A stretch of 63,006 bases of DNA, filler included, from Octopus bimaculoides (GCF_001194135.2; 7 parts of 7 records of this genome joined end to end with filler, not necessarily neighbours in it); one strand, 5' to 3'. Counted from the whole stretch's first letter, positions 1 to 13,400 are shown. Program-made: numbers and translations. The notes: generated by a model not told the origin, from the sequence alone.

Positions 1-1
1 T

Positions 2-336
2 TAGGATTTTGGTTTTAGCTAGGTTGACTCTAAGGCCCTTCAATTCTAGACCTTGCTTCCACACCTGAAACTTCTCCTCTAGTTCTGATAGTGACTCCGC
101 AATTAGGGCAAGGTCATCAGCATAGAGGAGCTCCCAGGGGCAACCTGTCTTGAACTCCTCTGTGATTGCCTGGAGGACTATGGTAAATAATAGGGGGCTG
201 AGGACGGAACCTTGGTGGACCCCTACCTCTACCCGGAATTCATTGCTGTACTCATTTCCAACCCTCACCTTACTGGCAGCATCTCTGTACATGGCTCGCA
301 CAGCTCTCACTAGCCATTCTTCTATCCCATGATGGG
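2..336 (-). mobile_element. RTE-clade LINE reverse transcriptase fragment (runs off window start)
   Basis: Open minus frame: GIEEWLVRAVRAMYRDAASKVRVGNEYSNEFRVEVGVHQGSVLSPLLFTIVLQAITEEFKTGCPWELLYADDLALIAESLSELEEKFQVWKQGLELKGLRVNLAKTKIL; QG..LSP and YADD RT motifs. Confidence 0.93.
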
Positions 337-344
337 CTCCTTTC

Positions 345-525
345 AGTTTCCGCCTCCCAAATCCACTCACAAGGCTTTGGTTGGCCTGAAGCTATAGTAG
401 ACACTTGCCCAACATGCCACGCAGTGGAACTCAACCCGGAATCATGTGATTGGGAAGCAAGCTTCTTACCACACAGCCACTCCTGCATCTGTACATTTTT
501 CAACAATACCTCCCACTGGAAAAAT
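345..525 (-). mobile_element. tRNA-derived SINE head (family B)
   Basis: Reverse complement of GTGGCTGTGTGGTAAGAAGCTTGCTTCCC...GGGTTGAGTTCCACTGCGTGGCA...GGGCAAGTGTCTACTATAGC; same motif recurs at about 3540, 7640, 26810, 28030, 28240, 31930, 46085, 51535. Confidence 0.85.
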
Positions 526-641
526 CAAATATGCATACTTACAGATCAAAATGTAATTAGAAAGTTTAGTAAAACACCTGTTTTCATTTTGGGTGAAGTA
601 GTTGTTAAATAGAGTAACTAACTGAACATATTCATTATTAC

Positions 642-822
642 CTGAATATTCTGTTTCTGATTCACTGTCTTCTGACAAAGACTCATCACTGATCATTGCT
701 TTAGCCTTCCTATGGCCCAATTTAGCAGCCTCAGCGAACAGATTGGATGCTTTGTTTGGGCATTGTTCTATACCGAGGCCTTTTAGATAACATAGTCCAA
801 GGTAATATTTGGCATCAGGTTC
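642..822 (-). CDS. DELE1: Internal exon of a Sel1-like-repeat protein, DELE1-like
   Basis: tttcatttcag|GAA...TCAG|gtaata, 181 nt; EPDAKYYLGLCYLKGLGIEQCPNKASNLFAEAAKLGHRKAKAMISDESLSEDSESETEYS is a canonical Sel1 repeat; joins in phase 0 to exon 2738-2649. Sel1 call is strong, DELE1 orthology is moderate. Confidence 0.8.
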
Positions 823-1089
823 CTGAAATGAAAGTAAAAAGATATTTCAACTGATTCACATCATTTAATTTCCATCCCTCGCTCTTCTCCACCCACAATT
901 TTTGAGAGGACCATTGGGGTAGAGTCCTCAGGTCCCCTCCCCCACCTCCACAGTGTTCTACCAGAAGCAATCGTCACTACCCGTTCTGGCTGGATTTCCA
1001 AGCAAGACTGAGACTATGGATATTATTCAATCTTAAATTCTCCAAGCTAAGTGGAAGAGGCAGAGTTATTCCTCAAAATGAATACAGGC

Positions 1090-1780
1090 CCGTGATACCC
1101 TGAGGAAAATGGCCTTGTCAATACGTAGAAAAGGAGTAGGTATAAAGTCCATAAATGTAAGAAATGGACACAGAAAACATGTAGCAGAATCACAGGATGA
1201 CTAACAGAGAACATAAGCTTTGGATACGATAGATGCATAGGAGCAGTAGGTTCTAAGAACAAACCAGAAATAAACTCTGTTGTCTACCTGGATGGCTCAC
1301 TGGAAGAAGGAGTCGACATCTTAGGAGATGTCATCATCAAAGGAAAGTCTCTGCTCTGAAAGCCCCCTCCACTTGTTGAGTAAGGAAAATAAGGGTTGGG
1401 GACGACTAGCACAGAGTGAAAGGCAGATTGTACGAGGCTTGTGTTAAAAGTGCAATGCTGCATGAAAAGACTGGAAAGAAATGAAGCAAACATGGTCTGT
1501 TGGATGTGCAACATCAGTGTGCATGTACGACAAAGTGTAAATTTGTTGAGAGAAAAGACTGGACATAAGCGGGATTAGATGTAGTGTAAGAATGAAGACT
1601 GTGCTTGTATGGTCATGTATGTGGATGGATCACTAATCATGGAAGGAGTTTGTGTAAGAGGGAGATCCAATGAGACATGGAATGGAGCAGTGAACTTCAG
1701 GATGTTGAGCTCCACAGAGGAAATGACAAGGAACTGAGATGAATGGCAATATGGCATGCTTGAGAAGACCTGTCCATTTT
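1090..1780 (+). mobile_element. Degenerate RTE-clade LINE, post-RT and 3' region
   Basis: Fragmented translation GKWPC...; RVKGRLYEACVKSAMLH; RLERNEANMVCWMCNISVHVRQSV, with stops and frameshifts. Confidence 0.7.
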
Positions 1781-2648
1781 AGCAGAATTAAGGTCGTCAA
1801 GCCTTCCTCAACAACTCATTTCTCCCATCAAGCTTCTATGTTAACCCCTATTTCCTTCTCACCCCCTCCCTCCACTAAACTGATATTCTCTGCATTCAAC
1901 TTGTTCCCTATTTCTAACCATCTGCCACAATATTCCCACTCGGAACATCCACCTCTCTCCTATTCTGTCTCTCAGAATTCACCTTTGTATTTTGACCTCG
2001 TCTCCCCCTCTCCCTCTCTCCCTCCCCCCTCTCTCTCCCTCCCCCCTCTCTCTCTTTTCAGGTGGGCAAGCCTTGCATTCACCTTTTTCAGCTCCTGCTT
2101 CCATTCATAGTTTCTTATTCCTCAACAGTTTACCACATTCAGTTGAGGGGGGGGGGGTCTTGTCTTATAGGTATTTGGTGACTTCACCAGTGCTGCTGCC
2201 ACTTAAAAAGCCTCCTCTGTATATTCTGTGAAGTAGTGGACATTGGGAAGAGCATCCAGCCATGGAAACCAAGCCCAAGCAGACAACTGGAGCTTTTGGT
2301 GTAGCCCTCTGGCTTGTCTGTTCATGTCAAACCATCCAACTCATGCCAGCTTGGAAAGGAAATGGTAAATGATGATGATGATGATGATGATTAAGCAGAT
2401 TATAACCATATAACCACACACACACACACACACACACAAACACAGACAACACTACCAGGGCTGGTATCACGTAAAAATTCCCCAATACACTCTGTAAAGT
2501 GGTTGGTTTTAGAAAGGATCCAGTCATAGAAACCATGCCATAACAGAAGACTGGAGTCTGACGTAGCCCTGTCAAACCGTCCGACCCATGCCAGCATGGA
2601 AAGCAGATGTTAAATGATGATTATGACAATGATAGATATAAATCTAAC

Positions 2649-2738
2649 CTTCTGTTTGGCAGCTTCTGTAAACAATTGCACAGCTTGAGAGAAATCACTA
2701 GTTTCTTCAATATAATGAACTCCAAGATATGTCTTTGC
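2649..2738 (-). CDS. DELE1: Internal exon of a Sel1-like-repeat protein, DELE1-like
   Basis: cttatcatttcag|GCA...AAG|gttaga, 90 nt, phase 0-0; AKTYLGVHYIEETSDFSQAVQLFTEAAKQK, a Sel1 repeat that splices in frame to 822-642. Confidence 0.8.
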
Positions 2739-5239
2739 CTGAAATGATAAGATTGTTTAATGTATAATATGATACTTTAGATGAGGATGATAAAGAAGAG
2801 AGGGGGAGAGAAGAGGATTCATGAACCTGTGGGTGGATTAAAAGTTGGTGGGTAGTTGTAAGGGGGTGAGCTGAATTAATGATAGTCATAAATCAATTCT
2901 TTTATGTAACCTTAATACTTTTCTATAGCAAATGGTCATAACATACATGATGTGTGTGTGTGTGTGTGTGAGCGTGTACACGTGTGCGAGTCCACTTTTC
3001 AATACTTATGTGGGTCAACCAAAGTTTGAGGTAGAGTTCCTACGGCTAGATGCTTTTCCTGTCACCAACCCTTGACTGTTCACAAGCAAGGCTAGACACA
3101 GTCTCAAAGAATATTTGAAATGAATGACACCACTTGTATGGCAGTGACACTCATTTATGACTGTCCCATGATGTCTACACAAAGAGACACTTGCATACAC
3201 ACATCACTATTGGATGTATTTCTTAATCATCACTGGTCACAATATGCTTCCTAGCATTGTTGTCGCTTTCCAATAATGCCACCCTCCTGACAAGGTGTGT
3301 GTGTGTGTGTGTGGGGGGGGGCAGGCCAATGTCCCCCCCACAGAACAAAATACCATTCCATTGCAAAGTTAACCATTTACAGCTGAGTGGACTGGGAAAA
3401 TGTGAAATGGAGTGTTTTGCCCAAGAACACAATGCACTGCCTAACTAGGAATTGAATCCCTGATCTTGTGATTGTGAGTTCAACATGTTAACCACTGGGC
3501 CACACAACATCACCCGCACACACACAAATATATATACACAACAGGCTTCCATACAGTTTCTGTTAACTAAATCCACTCACACGGTTTTGTTTAGCTCTAG
3601 GGCTTTAATAGAAGACATTTGCCCAAAGTGCCATGCAATGGGACTGAACCTGAATCCATGTGCTTGAGAAGCAAACTTCTTACCACATAGCAACATCTGT
3701 TTTTTTGTGTTGGTGCCAAGATGTAAAGCATCTCTTTTGTCCTTGCATATTGGGAAACATGACAATAATCTCTAATGCTGATGCCAGAAAAAGTACACCC
3801 AGAACAAATTACAAAGGCAAATGAATGGAGAACCCATGGACTGTGGGGCCTCTTTAATCTTGTCTTGTTGTGGACTTATCAATCACTCTAATGCTGATGT
3901 CACAAGAAAATGACCCCAGCATACTCTGTAAGTGTCATGGGTACGATTTTAAATTGAATTTGGTTGTGGGACCCTAGTTCAGGAGTTCCAGGATTTTGAA
4001 GAGTGTTGAACCCCACCACCTCTTAGTCACTATTGTTCCAAGGTCTTTTTGGACATGGAGTAGTAGAATCTGTCAAGGTCCCAGTTATGGATTAATTAGC
4101 ATGCAAATAGGGGTCAGCTGTGAATATAAGTATGAACAGCCCTTGACTAAATCATAGGTGGTCTTTGGCAAGATCTAGCATCCAGTAACCACCAGAGCCA
4201 GGAATATTTTGAAATCATGGGACGCAACATGGTGGAAAACAACTTATGGAATCAATGACTGAACAGATGAAAAGACAACAAGCTGTCAATGGCCAGGATC
4301 AATCGGTTCATTTAGTGAATTACTGCTCTATTCTATAGTTGTGAAATTTACAGATGAGATATTTCAACTGGGAAAAGATTGTATGATTTACTGGTTCTGA
4401 GAAAGTTGATGGAATTGGATGATGATGATGACGACGTTCTGTTATTGATTATGCATTGGGTATCCAATTGTAGAAACCAGGCAAAAGTGATACACCTGAA
4501 CATCAACCTGAATTGATTCTTAACGAGAGCAGTGTCTGCAAATAGGAGTCAATTCAGTCCATGATGACCTGTCTGATTCCCGCTAGCATGGAAAGGGGAC
4601 ATGAAATAATAATAATGACAATGACGCTGACAGGGATGCTGCTGGTAGTGATGGTGGACTATAATGTCCAATGTATCCCACATTCTTTAACCCTTTGGCC
4701 ATTCAGATTACTCTGTCAAATTTATTGCTTATTTATTCACATTATTTTGAAAAATAATCATAGCTTTGAAATTTCAACGACGTGATTGTTTAGTTTCAGA
4801 ATAACATTGTAAGACAGGTGTGAGAGGCCATATCTTGCTAGTTTCAAAATGAAAAATATAGAATATTTAAAATCAATTTAAATGCTAAATGTCTAAAGCG
4901 ATATGGTGAGTGATTTGCATTTAGTTGTAGCAAGTCAAATGAATATGTGGAGGCTTTCATTCCACTCCCTGTCTACTGTATCATCATTACTATCCTGTTA
5001 CTAGTGTCCCTCCACCTTCTCCCAACTCATGCACCACTGACCATTGGGTATGAGATGCTTTGACACGGCTGATTTAACCCTGCCTTTTTTATCATCACTG
5101 ATTCAACACTAAACTTACTTCATCTCGGACATTTAGTCCCCAAGACCTTTTGGTGCTGTGAATTTTTTCTTTCTAGTTGACAACTAACTTGTAATCTACT
5201 CAACTACTAATCTGCTTCGTTATACGATGTAAATAATTG

Positions 5240-6570
5240 ATGGTAAACTGTGGAAATAAAAGAATTTTCTCTCAATGGATTTCCGTATAACTTGGACAAA
5301 GTAAGCAAAACCAGTTGTGAATTTAAATTTTGGTGCTGTGAGCAGAGAAATCAATGCAAAGTATGGCTACATACAAAAGCTGGAGAGGTGGTAAGAATGG
5401 CAAATCTCCATTCACATGAAGCTTCATATTAGAGCAACAAAAGTAGCGGATTTTAATCCAAATCTTAAAAAGAGAATGGTAGAGTCTCTTGAGACCCAGA
5501 TTGTAGTTGCAAATTAATGTTTAACAAACATGTCTAAAACTAGTCTAGTTGCTATTGCTGATACGACTGCTTTGAGAAAAATGACACAAAATAAGCACGA
5601 TTTAGACGAGAATACTCCCATTAATCTAATTTACAGCAATTAGTTTGGCCAGAACAATACAACATATATAGCTCTCAGCCAAGTATGTTTGAAGATTTTT
5701 TTTTTAATGTGCGATAGTAGACCACAGGATCTGATTGGATCTTTAGCCTCAGAAGAGCAAGCTGGCACCAACATTCAGTGTCATCAGATATATATGGGGT
5801 GTAGATGGTACATTCAGTGTTGTTACCAGCTTCTTTCCTCAAATTTACGTCATTTTAATAAAAATGTATAATGCATTTCACCTTAACGATTGCTCCATTG
5901 CTGAACAAACAACACACCATATACATGAGAATGTTTGAGCTGAAAGTGAACCTAATTCATGACATTTCAATTGTGTCTGAGTTTGAAGAAGCTGAACATA
6001 GTGCTATGAAGGAATCACTCCCTGGAATGCATATAAAAGGATGTCTGCTTTTTTTTTTTTAATCATTTAACACAAAATCTGCAAAAATACATTAACTGGA
6101 TTGCATTTCACCTGTTTATATGACACTGATCCAAGTATCGCATTACTCTTGTCTTTGTCACAAGAACATCATATTTTACTTAATCAGTTTGAAGTCACCA
6201 AAACAGCTGATGAAGGGAAAGGTGAGACATTCCATTTCTCCCCAAAATATGGAATTTTTACCAAAGATCTTTAAACAGAGAAGACTGTACCAACAATTAT
6301 TTAGAGGCAGCCTTTTGTTGATTACAATATGAACTTCGTATGCAATGTCCAACAATATGGAGATTAATAGACGAGTTGTGTAAAATACAGAAAGGGAGAG
6401 ATGAGTACTATAAAAGTTTATTAGACAGATACGAACCACTTCAAAAGCTTAAAAATGTACAGAGATGCATACAAGAGAACAACAGAAACTGTTATGAACT
6501 TTGAAAATATGGATGTTGTTGAGTAACTGAAGAATATTGCTCATAATTATCAAAGGAAGAACTCAATAAA
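5240..6570 (+). pseudogene. Degenerate Mutator-like (MULE) transposase with FLYWCH domain
   Basis: EFSLNGFPYNLDK..KFWCCEQRNQCKVWLHT..LHSH (FLYWCH pattern, 5250-5430); VDGTFSVV near 5800; IVSEFEEAEHSAMKESLPGMHIKGC..(F)HLTQ near 5970-6080; many stops and frameshifts. Confidence 0.8.
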
Positions 6571-8072
6571 GTTAGCTTTTGCGATTTTTCAAATAGTATA
6601 GTCATTATTTTTTTTTATTAATAATAATCTTTCAATGAAAGAGTCATGGAAAGGAGATAACTCCCTTTTAATTTATTCGAGTGGCTAATATGTTTTTACT
6701 TTCTCCTTTTATCTCTAATTGTCTGTGTGTGTGTGTGCATACATTTTCTTTCAACGTATGTGAAGCAGTAATCTATTTGTGTTAACAGCAGCCGGGGTCA
6801 CTTATTGCTTTTTGCCTCCTCATTCTCTGCTTCAGCGTGGGTGTGCATTCCCTTATTATCTCCCTTGATTCCTGTATCAAAAAGCAATGGCGTCAAATAG
6901 GATATTGTCAAAAAACTTGTTCAATGATGTCCAAAACAGCAGCGTCCAATCGTCCTGGTCTGTTGCAATCTCTCACTTCTGTATTGACCACCTCCTCCAT
7001 CTGCCCATCAACCCTTCCCAATCTTTTCAGTTGTCGTCTGCCTGCCTCTCTCCTCTGAAATTCTCCCATCTCTTGCACCCTCACCCACATGCACTCTTGC
7101 AAACCGCTACCCTTACACACTCCTGGTATCTCTGATCCCTCCAACTACTACTACTACTCTCACAACTTTATGAACCACATGGATAACTCATCACCATTAA
7201 TTATCCCTTCAGAGACAAATAATGGTTCATTCTGACTCTCCCTTTCTTGAATGTAAGTAGCAATGTGGCTCCACCTCTACATCAAGAACCTTCTCTACCC
7301 TAACTAGCATAAAAACGCCACCTCACCCTCCTTAGGTTTTCTAGACTTGTGAGGTACATGGCAACCTCACTAGGGCTGGTGCCACAAAAAAAAAAAAAAA
7401 AAGAAAAAAGAAAACCAAAAGGCTAAAAAAGAAAAGCATCAGTCCACACAGTAAAGTGGTTGGTGTTAGGATGGGCAGAATCCAACCTTATGAACCATAC
7501 CAAAACGTCCATTGCAGCATGAAGCACATCTTAGATCCATCGGAACTTGTGAAAACCATGACAGCATGGAACTTGGATACTAAAAGATGTGTGTGTGAGT
7601 GTGTATGCATACATTGTATGAATGTATGTATATGGGTGTTGGTGTAGTCGAGTGGTAAGACCTTTTCTCCCCCAACTACATGGTTTTGTGTTCAATTTCA
7701 CTACACAACACCTTGGGTAAATGTCTTCTCCTATTGCTTTAAGCTGACCGAGCCTTGTGAGTGGTTTTGACATGAAAATTGAAAGAAACCCATTGTATAT
7801 GTAAATCTATGTATGTAAATATACGTGTGTGTATATACATACACACACATGCCTGTCTACCTATATATATATATGCTGAACTGTTAATTCCTACACATTC
7901 TTTTTTCTTCCTGTTTTTTTTCATTCACTCTACTTTTTTTTCCTCTCAATCTTTTCTGTCAGACTTTTCCATTCTTCCCAAGCGTTAAACTAATACACCT
8001 GCTTGATGTTCCTTCACCCGTCTTTGTCTTTTGCTTTCTGTAAATTTGAACTATAGATACACATACACACAT

Positions 8073-8153
<81 letters not shown>

Positions 8154-8183
8154 TAACGGTTGCCACATCCTCTGGAAAAAAAT

Positions 8184-8224
<41 letters not shown>

Positions 8225-9693
8225 AACATGACAGAGAAGCCCTGTAATAAACCCAATTTTTAAGTATGTGTGGATGTGTTCAACAGTTCAAGAGAATGTG
8301 TGAATGTAGGGACACCTAACCTGGACTGATTGGAAGAAACAGTCAGTGATCAGTGTTTAAACAGATTAGTAATATGTTTGTGTGTGTGTGTTACTGCCTC
8401 CTTGCTTTCACATTGCATGAGAGTTGTAAAATGACTGTTACTGTAATGGAAGTGGTGTCCTGTGAAAATGTGACTGGTCATGGGGAAATATTACTTTACT
8501 TGGAAATGGATAAGCGTTGGCAACAGGAAAGGCATCCATCGGTTAAAAATGCACCTCAACAAATTTCATCCAATCCATGGAAAAGTGGAAATTATGATGT
8601 ATGTATATAATTATATACATATATGTATGTTGGAATTTCTATGCTGATAGAACCCACGACAAAGCTCTCCAAGACATGAACAATAGCTAAGTCATTTCTA
8701 TTTTTATATATTATCCCTTCTGATGCGCTCCCCTTCCACCACCCCCACCCCATTTCTGTCTTAAATTCATGATTATTTATGTGTCTCTATTCTCTATTCT
8801 ATTCTCTATATCACTCGATTTATCGTTTTCGCCTTCTTTCTTGAAGTTTTGCTCCTTAGCCCAAACCTGACTGAAATTTGTCTCTCCCCACCTTTAAAAA
8901 TTACGATTTTAACTCTCACTTCTGTTACCGATTTAAACATTTAATCTCACGGTTAAACGCTGCTGTGTTTCTTTCAACTTTTTCTAAAAACCCAACGAAT
9001 TTGAGACCAGCATGATGTCCTGCTCCCTGTTCTCTCTCTCTCTCTGTCTATTCTATCTCTATCCCCCTCTCTCTAAATCACTACTCTCTTCCCCCACTTC
9101 CTCCTCTTCGACTTGCACACGACCCCAAACATATAACCAAGTTCACTTCCCAACTTCATCCCAATTCGTATTGGAATTTCTATGCTGATAGAACCCAGAA
9201 CCCACGATGAAGCTCCCTTAGCCCGTGGTACGCCCGCNNNNNNNNNNNNNNNNNNNNNNNNNNNNNNNNNNNNNNNNNNNNTTAATTAATTAANNNNNNN
9301 NNNNNNNNNNNNNNNNNNNNNNNNNNNNNNNNNNNNNATCATCATCATCATCATCAACAACATCATCACCCCCCATCACCACCAATACCATCACTGTCAT
9401 CATCATCATCATCATCATCATCGTCGTCGTCGTCGTCATCATCATCATCATCATTATCAACATTTTGGTACCCATTTTACAACGAGTCTGATAGACTTGC
9501 CATGCAGGACATTATCCCACTTTAATACATGTTTCAAACGATCTGACAGCCAGAAGAATGCGAGAAATACCTTCGTTGCCGACCGACCAAATGTATTTCA
9601 ACACTCATAACCAACCTGCTACACCATCGCTAGAACTAATCCTGTTATTTCGATAACGTGGTATCTAACTCTTTCCTCAGGTTCCACACTTAC

Positions 9694-9840
9694 TGTTAAG
9701 TTCCAGTCCTTTCCTGGAACATCGAATTTCTGGAACTCACTTTTTGCTGAGGTCCTTTCCAAAGGCGATGACCAGCAAAGGTTCAATAGGCTATGGGCAC
9801 TGCCCCTTCCTTCAGACCCAACAAAAAGTACCCACCCTCC
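9694..9840 (-). CDS. Candidate exon of unknown gene
   Basis: 147 nt, phase 0-0, donor ACA|gtaagt, weaker AAG acceptor; GGWVLFVGSEGRGSAHSLLNLCWSSPLERTSAKSEFQKFDVPGKDWNLT; purine-first codon bias; no recognised family. Confidence 0.35.
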
Positions 9841-9959
9841 CTTAGACACAAGTAATATGTAGATTCGTATCTTACACAAGAATAATGTGTAAATTCTTCT
9901 CTTGAGCACATATAGTGTCTAGAATTCTCTTCTCTTTAGACATATATTGTATGTGGATT

Positions 9960-10270
9960 GTCAGAGATAAGGAGACTACGGTGAAGCATTGCGATATTGT
10001 AATCAAAGACATTCTATAAGCAGGTCTTGTACGCTTATTGATGTGGATTGTCCAGCAGAAAATAACATTTCGGTAAAACTACTTGAAAAACTCTGCAAAT
10101 ATAAAGACATGGAAATAGAAATATAGAAGACATGGAATATGGAGACAAGAGAAGTTCCTGTAAATATATGAGTGTTGGGGGCAGTGAAGTGTGATTCCAA
10201 ACTGAAAATCGAAGATCTGCCTGGTAAACCTTCCATCTGCGTAATTCAGAAGATAACGCTTCCAGGAAGT
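9960..10270 (+). mobile_element. R4/Dong-like non-LTR retrotransposon remnant, restriction-like endonuclease C-terminus
   Basis: KHCDIVIKD..LIDVDCPAENNISVKLLEKLCKYKDMEIEI*KTWNMETREVPV..VLGA..LPGKPSICVIQKITLPGS matches the PD-(D/E)xK RLE tail (KxxKY) of R4-clade elements. Confidence 0.7.
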
Positions 10271-10369
10271 AACGATAGCTTGGGAAAAATATTAGGAATA
10301 AAGCAAAAAAACAAAAACAAAAAAGGAAAGAGAAAGAAAAGAAAAAAGGAAAGAGAAAAAAGTGTTTAC

Positions 10370-10661
10370 CTTCGAGTAACAGAATAACGGCGTCGATAAA
10401 GAAGCAAAGGCAACCAACGGAATATTTTTGTCAAATCATTTTCTATTTCAGTTGAAGATTTATGGTTTCTAGTCTTGAAATTTTCCGTATTGAAATTCTT
10501 CGCCTCGAACTCATTGTTTTTAATGTATTTAATTCTACATAAAACGAAATTGGCTGCCTGGCTCTAAACTAAACTATCCTTCTTATCTAGTTCAACCGTT
10601 CCATCCGTGAAAAGATGATGATGATGGTGATGATGATGATGATGATGGTGACAATAATAAT

Positions 10662-10708
<47 letters not shown>

Positions 10709-10850
10709 TACATAACAGATTTATAGAAATCGCTTCAAAACACGAACATTGCAAATATATTGTTTTCTGCCCTCAAAGAAGCCAAAACAAGCACGAGATG
10801 GCGGCTGAAGCTGTGTGGAGGGAGAGGAGAAGTAACAATAGAAATTTATG
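10370..10850. promoter_or_regulatory. Possible transcription start region
   Basis: Mostly unique sequence with unusually many CpGs, YY1-like AGATGGCGGC (10796-10805, +) and a minus-strand donor AAG|gtaaac at 10370; no expression evidence. Confidence 0.25.
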
Positions 10851-11494
10851 AAAAAAAAAAAGCCGCTAAAAACCTAAACTAAAAATGGGACTGCAGCATG
10901 TTATGATAAAATGAGGGCAAGAAAAACACCTCTGTGATCAATATCCAGGAAAACCTGGAGAGTGTAGAAATAAACAAATATAACACGTAACTCTAGGTAA
11001 GAATGGTTCAAAGCTGAAAGTGAAAGATCCTTGAAAAAAGTCTGAGAAAATGAGAAAGCGACTATACTCTAGGTCATGTTTATGCAGACAGATAAGAAGT
11101 TAAGGCTAATTTACCGGAAATTGTGGTCAAAGATCTATAGGAAATGAAAGACTTCCTAAATGAAGTTTCAAGTAAAGATACTAACATAATCAGCTCACGT
11201 TGAACAACGTTTAATGCATTGAAGGAGAGCAACCATGTATCTACCGGTTACCCATCCATTTATTGACCCACCAACACACCCATACATATAGCACCCAGTC
11301 ACTCAGCTACCCGGCTACCCAGCCACCCAGCCGACCAGACAGTGCTTTTTTCTCTTCAAAAAGTGCTAAAGTTTCAACTGAAGAGTTTCAGTCGTTGAAT
11401 GGTTTCTGAACGCACAGTATTGTTGTTGTTTTTGGTTTTGTCGATGTTGATGATAGTAGTGATGATGATGATGATGGTGGTGATGATGATGATT

Positions 11495-11526
<32 letters not shown>

Positions 11527-11578
11527 AAAATGTCCATGATATATTTTACATAAAAGTAACACAACAATATAATACACA

Positions 11579-11611
<33 letters not shown>

Positions 11612-11879
11612 ACTTAGACCTTTTATTAAAGTAGTCAATTAATTCCCTGCAAGAAAATAATTAGTCTACTTTCTCATTTTACTTTCTCTCCCCACCCCTT
11701 TCTGCCTCCTTTTCTTCTCTCCCTCTCTTTATATTTCCTTCCCTCTACATCTCTCTCTCTCCACCTCTCTCTTTTCTACCCTCTCATAACTTCACAACCT
11801 ACTTGAAAATAATTGAAAACTGTACGCCATTCATTAAAGCTGACCAAGTGATAATAGTGCACGGGAGGAGAAAGAGGAC

Positions 11880-11962
<83 letters not shown>

Positions 11963-12839
11963 CACACACAAATATGATATTTACAGATATGCATATGTAA
12001 ATATAAATCCACACAAGCACACACACACACGCACACGCATGTATACACACACATTTTTATAGATAAAATATATATTTGCACTAGGATATACGCGTATATG
12101 TATGTGTGCGTATATATGTATATATTTATATATGTATGTACGTACGTATGTATGTATGTATGTATGTATGTAATCCCAGTCACACATATACACACTTACA
12201 CATATCTCTACTGATATATACGCACATGCAAGTACATACCTTCAAACTAATTAAAAGAAAACTCACTCAAACACCAGATATGGTTAGTTGATATATAAAA
12301 ACAGAAAACTTTTCTTATAGCTGTAATTTCATTTGAACGAAGTGGTTTGTAAAATCAATTTTAATTGTTAATTTTGAAATTATTTATAGCTGTTCACACA
12401 CACGCACGCACACACACACACACACACNNNNNNNNNNNNNNNNNNNNNNNNNNNNNNNNNNNNNNNNNNNNTTAATTAATTAANNNNNNNNNNNNNNNNN
12501 NNNNNNNNNNNNNNNNNNNNNNNNNNNCTCTTTCTTGCTGGCCAGCAGCAATAGAGCATGGACGTGTCAAGAAGTGTCTCCAACACCCAACTCTGGAGAC
12601 AGTCTCTTTACGTGTATAGCTGTCACTCTCCATCTTTCGGACTTACACTCGACAGCTCGCTTACACCTACATAACAACGTCCCAACAAGTATGCTCACAC
12701 AATCAGAAGCTGTAACAACAAGAGCTAAAGATGTATATATTTACCACCTGAATAAATGTTGTTTAAGTTGATAGTCCGGAGTTCAGCGTCCCGTTTAATT
12801 CTTAATTTTTTATAGGAAAGTCAGGTATACATCTAATGA

Positions 12840-13400
12840 TGTATAACCAACTTTCCTATAATACTGCTATGCCAGAAATTAAGTGTGACACCTTTCTTTA
12901 TTACTTGACTGCCTATCCTGTATAACTTTATTAACCTATTCATGTATCCTAGCTTTCCAAATATTTTGAGTTTCTCTGCAACTTTCCTTGATGGATCATC
13001 AGCTTGCTCTACCATCATATCTTTAATCTCACTACATACCACACTGTTGTCAACTTGAATTGCTGGTTCCTCTCTAGTATCAACATGTGGTAGCTCCTTT
13101 TCATCCCATGCATCTTTATCACCAGCAATAACAAATGGACCTTCATACTTTCTTTCAAATAACATCTCAGGTTCCCTCAACACACTATCTTGCAATTCTG
13201 AACATCTCATACTTCTGATCCTCATGTCATAGAACATGTAGTAATCTCTTCTTTTCTGCTTTTCCCTTAGCCATATTTACCTCATACCTGGCTGCTCTTC
13301 TAGTAATGCTGTTTACCACTAACTTTCATCTGGATTTTCCAATCTTGTTTCTTAGCTTTTACAGTTCTGTTTATTGTGTTATTTCTCCATCACATCACCT
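12840..13400 (-). mobile_element. Degenerate RTE-clade LINE, region preceding RT
   Basis: EIKDMMVEQADDPSRKVAEKLKIFGKLGY...KKGVTLNFWHSSII resembles the KAPGPSG..EMLK..IP.DW.SSII segment of RTE ORF2. Confidence 0.65.

Noticed and set aside
9282-9293. TTAATTAATTAA centred in N runs (also 12472, 42093, 55655, 59217, 61018)
   Set aside because: Identical six-frame-stop linker inside gaps of about 100 bp: an assembly spacer, not biology; contig order across these joins is uncertain
9640-9685. CTGAGGA...GAAA on the minus strand
   Set aside because: Eight unpaired bases between the core and the possible stem II, and no valid stem I or III
12530-12831. Possible solo LTR (AATAAA, ends in CA)
   Set aside because: Start lost in a gap; no TG, target duplication or second copy to confirm
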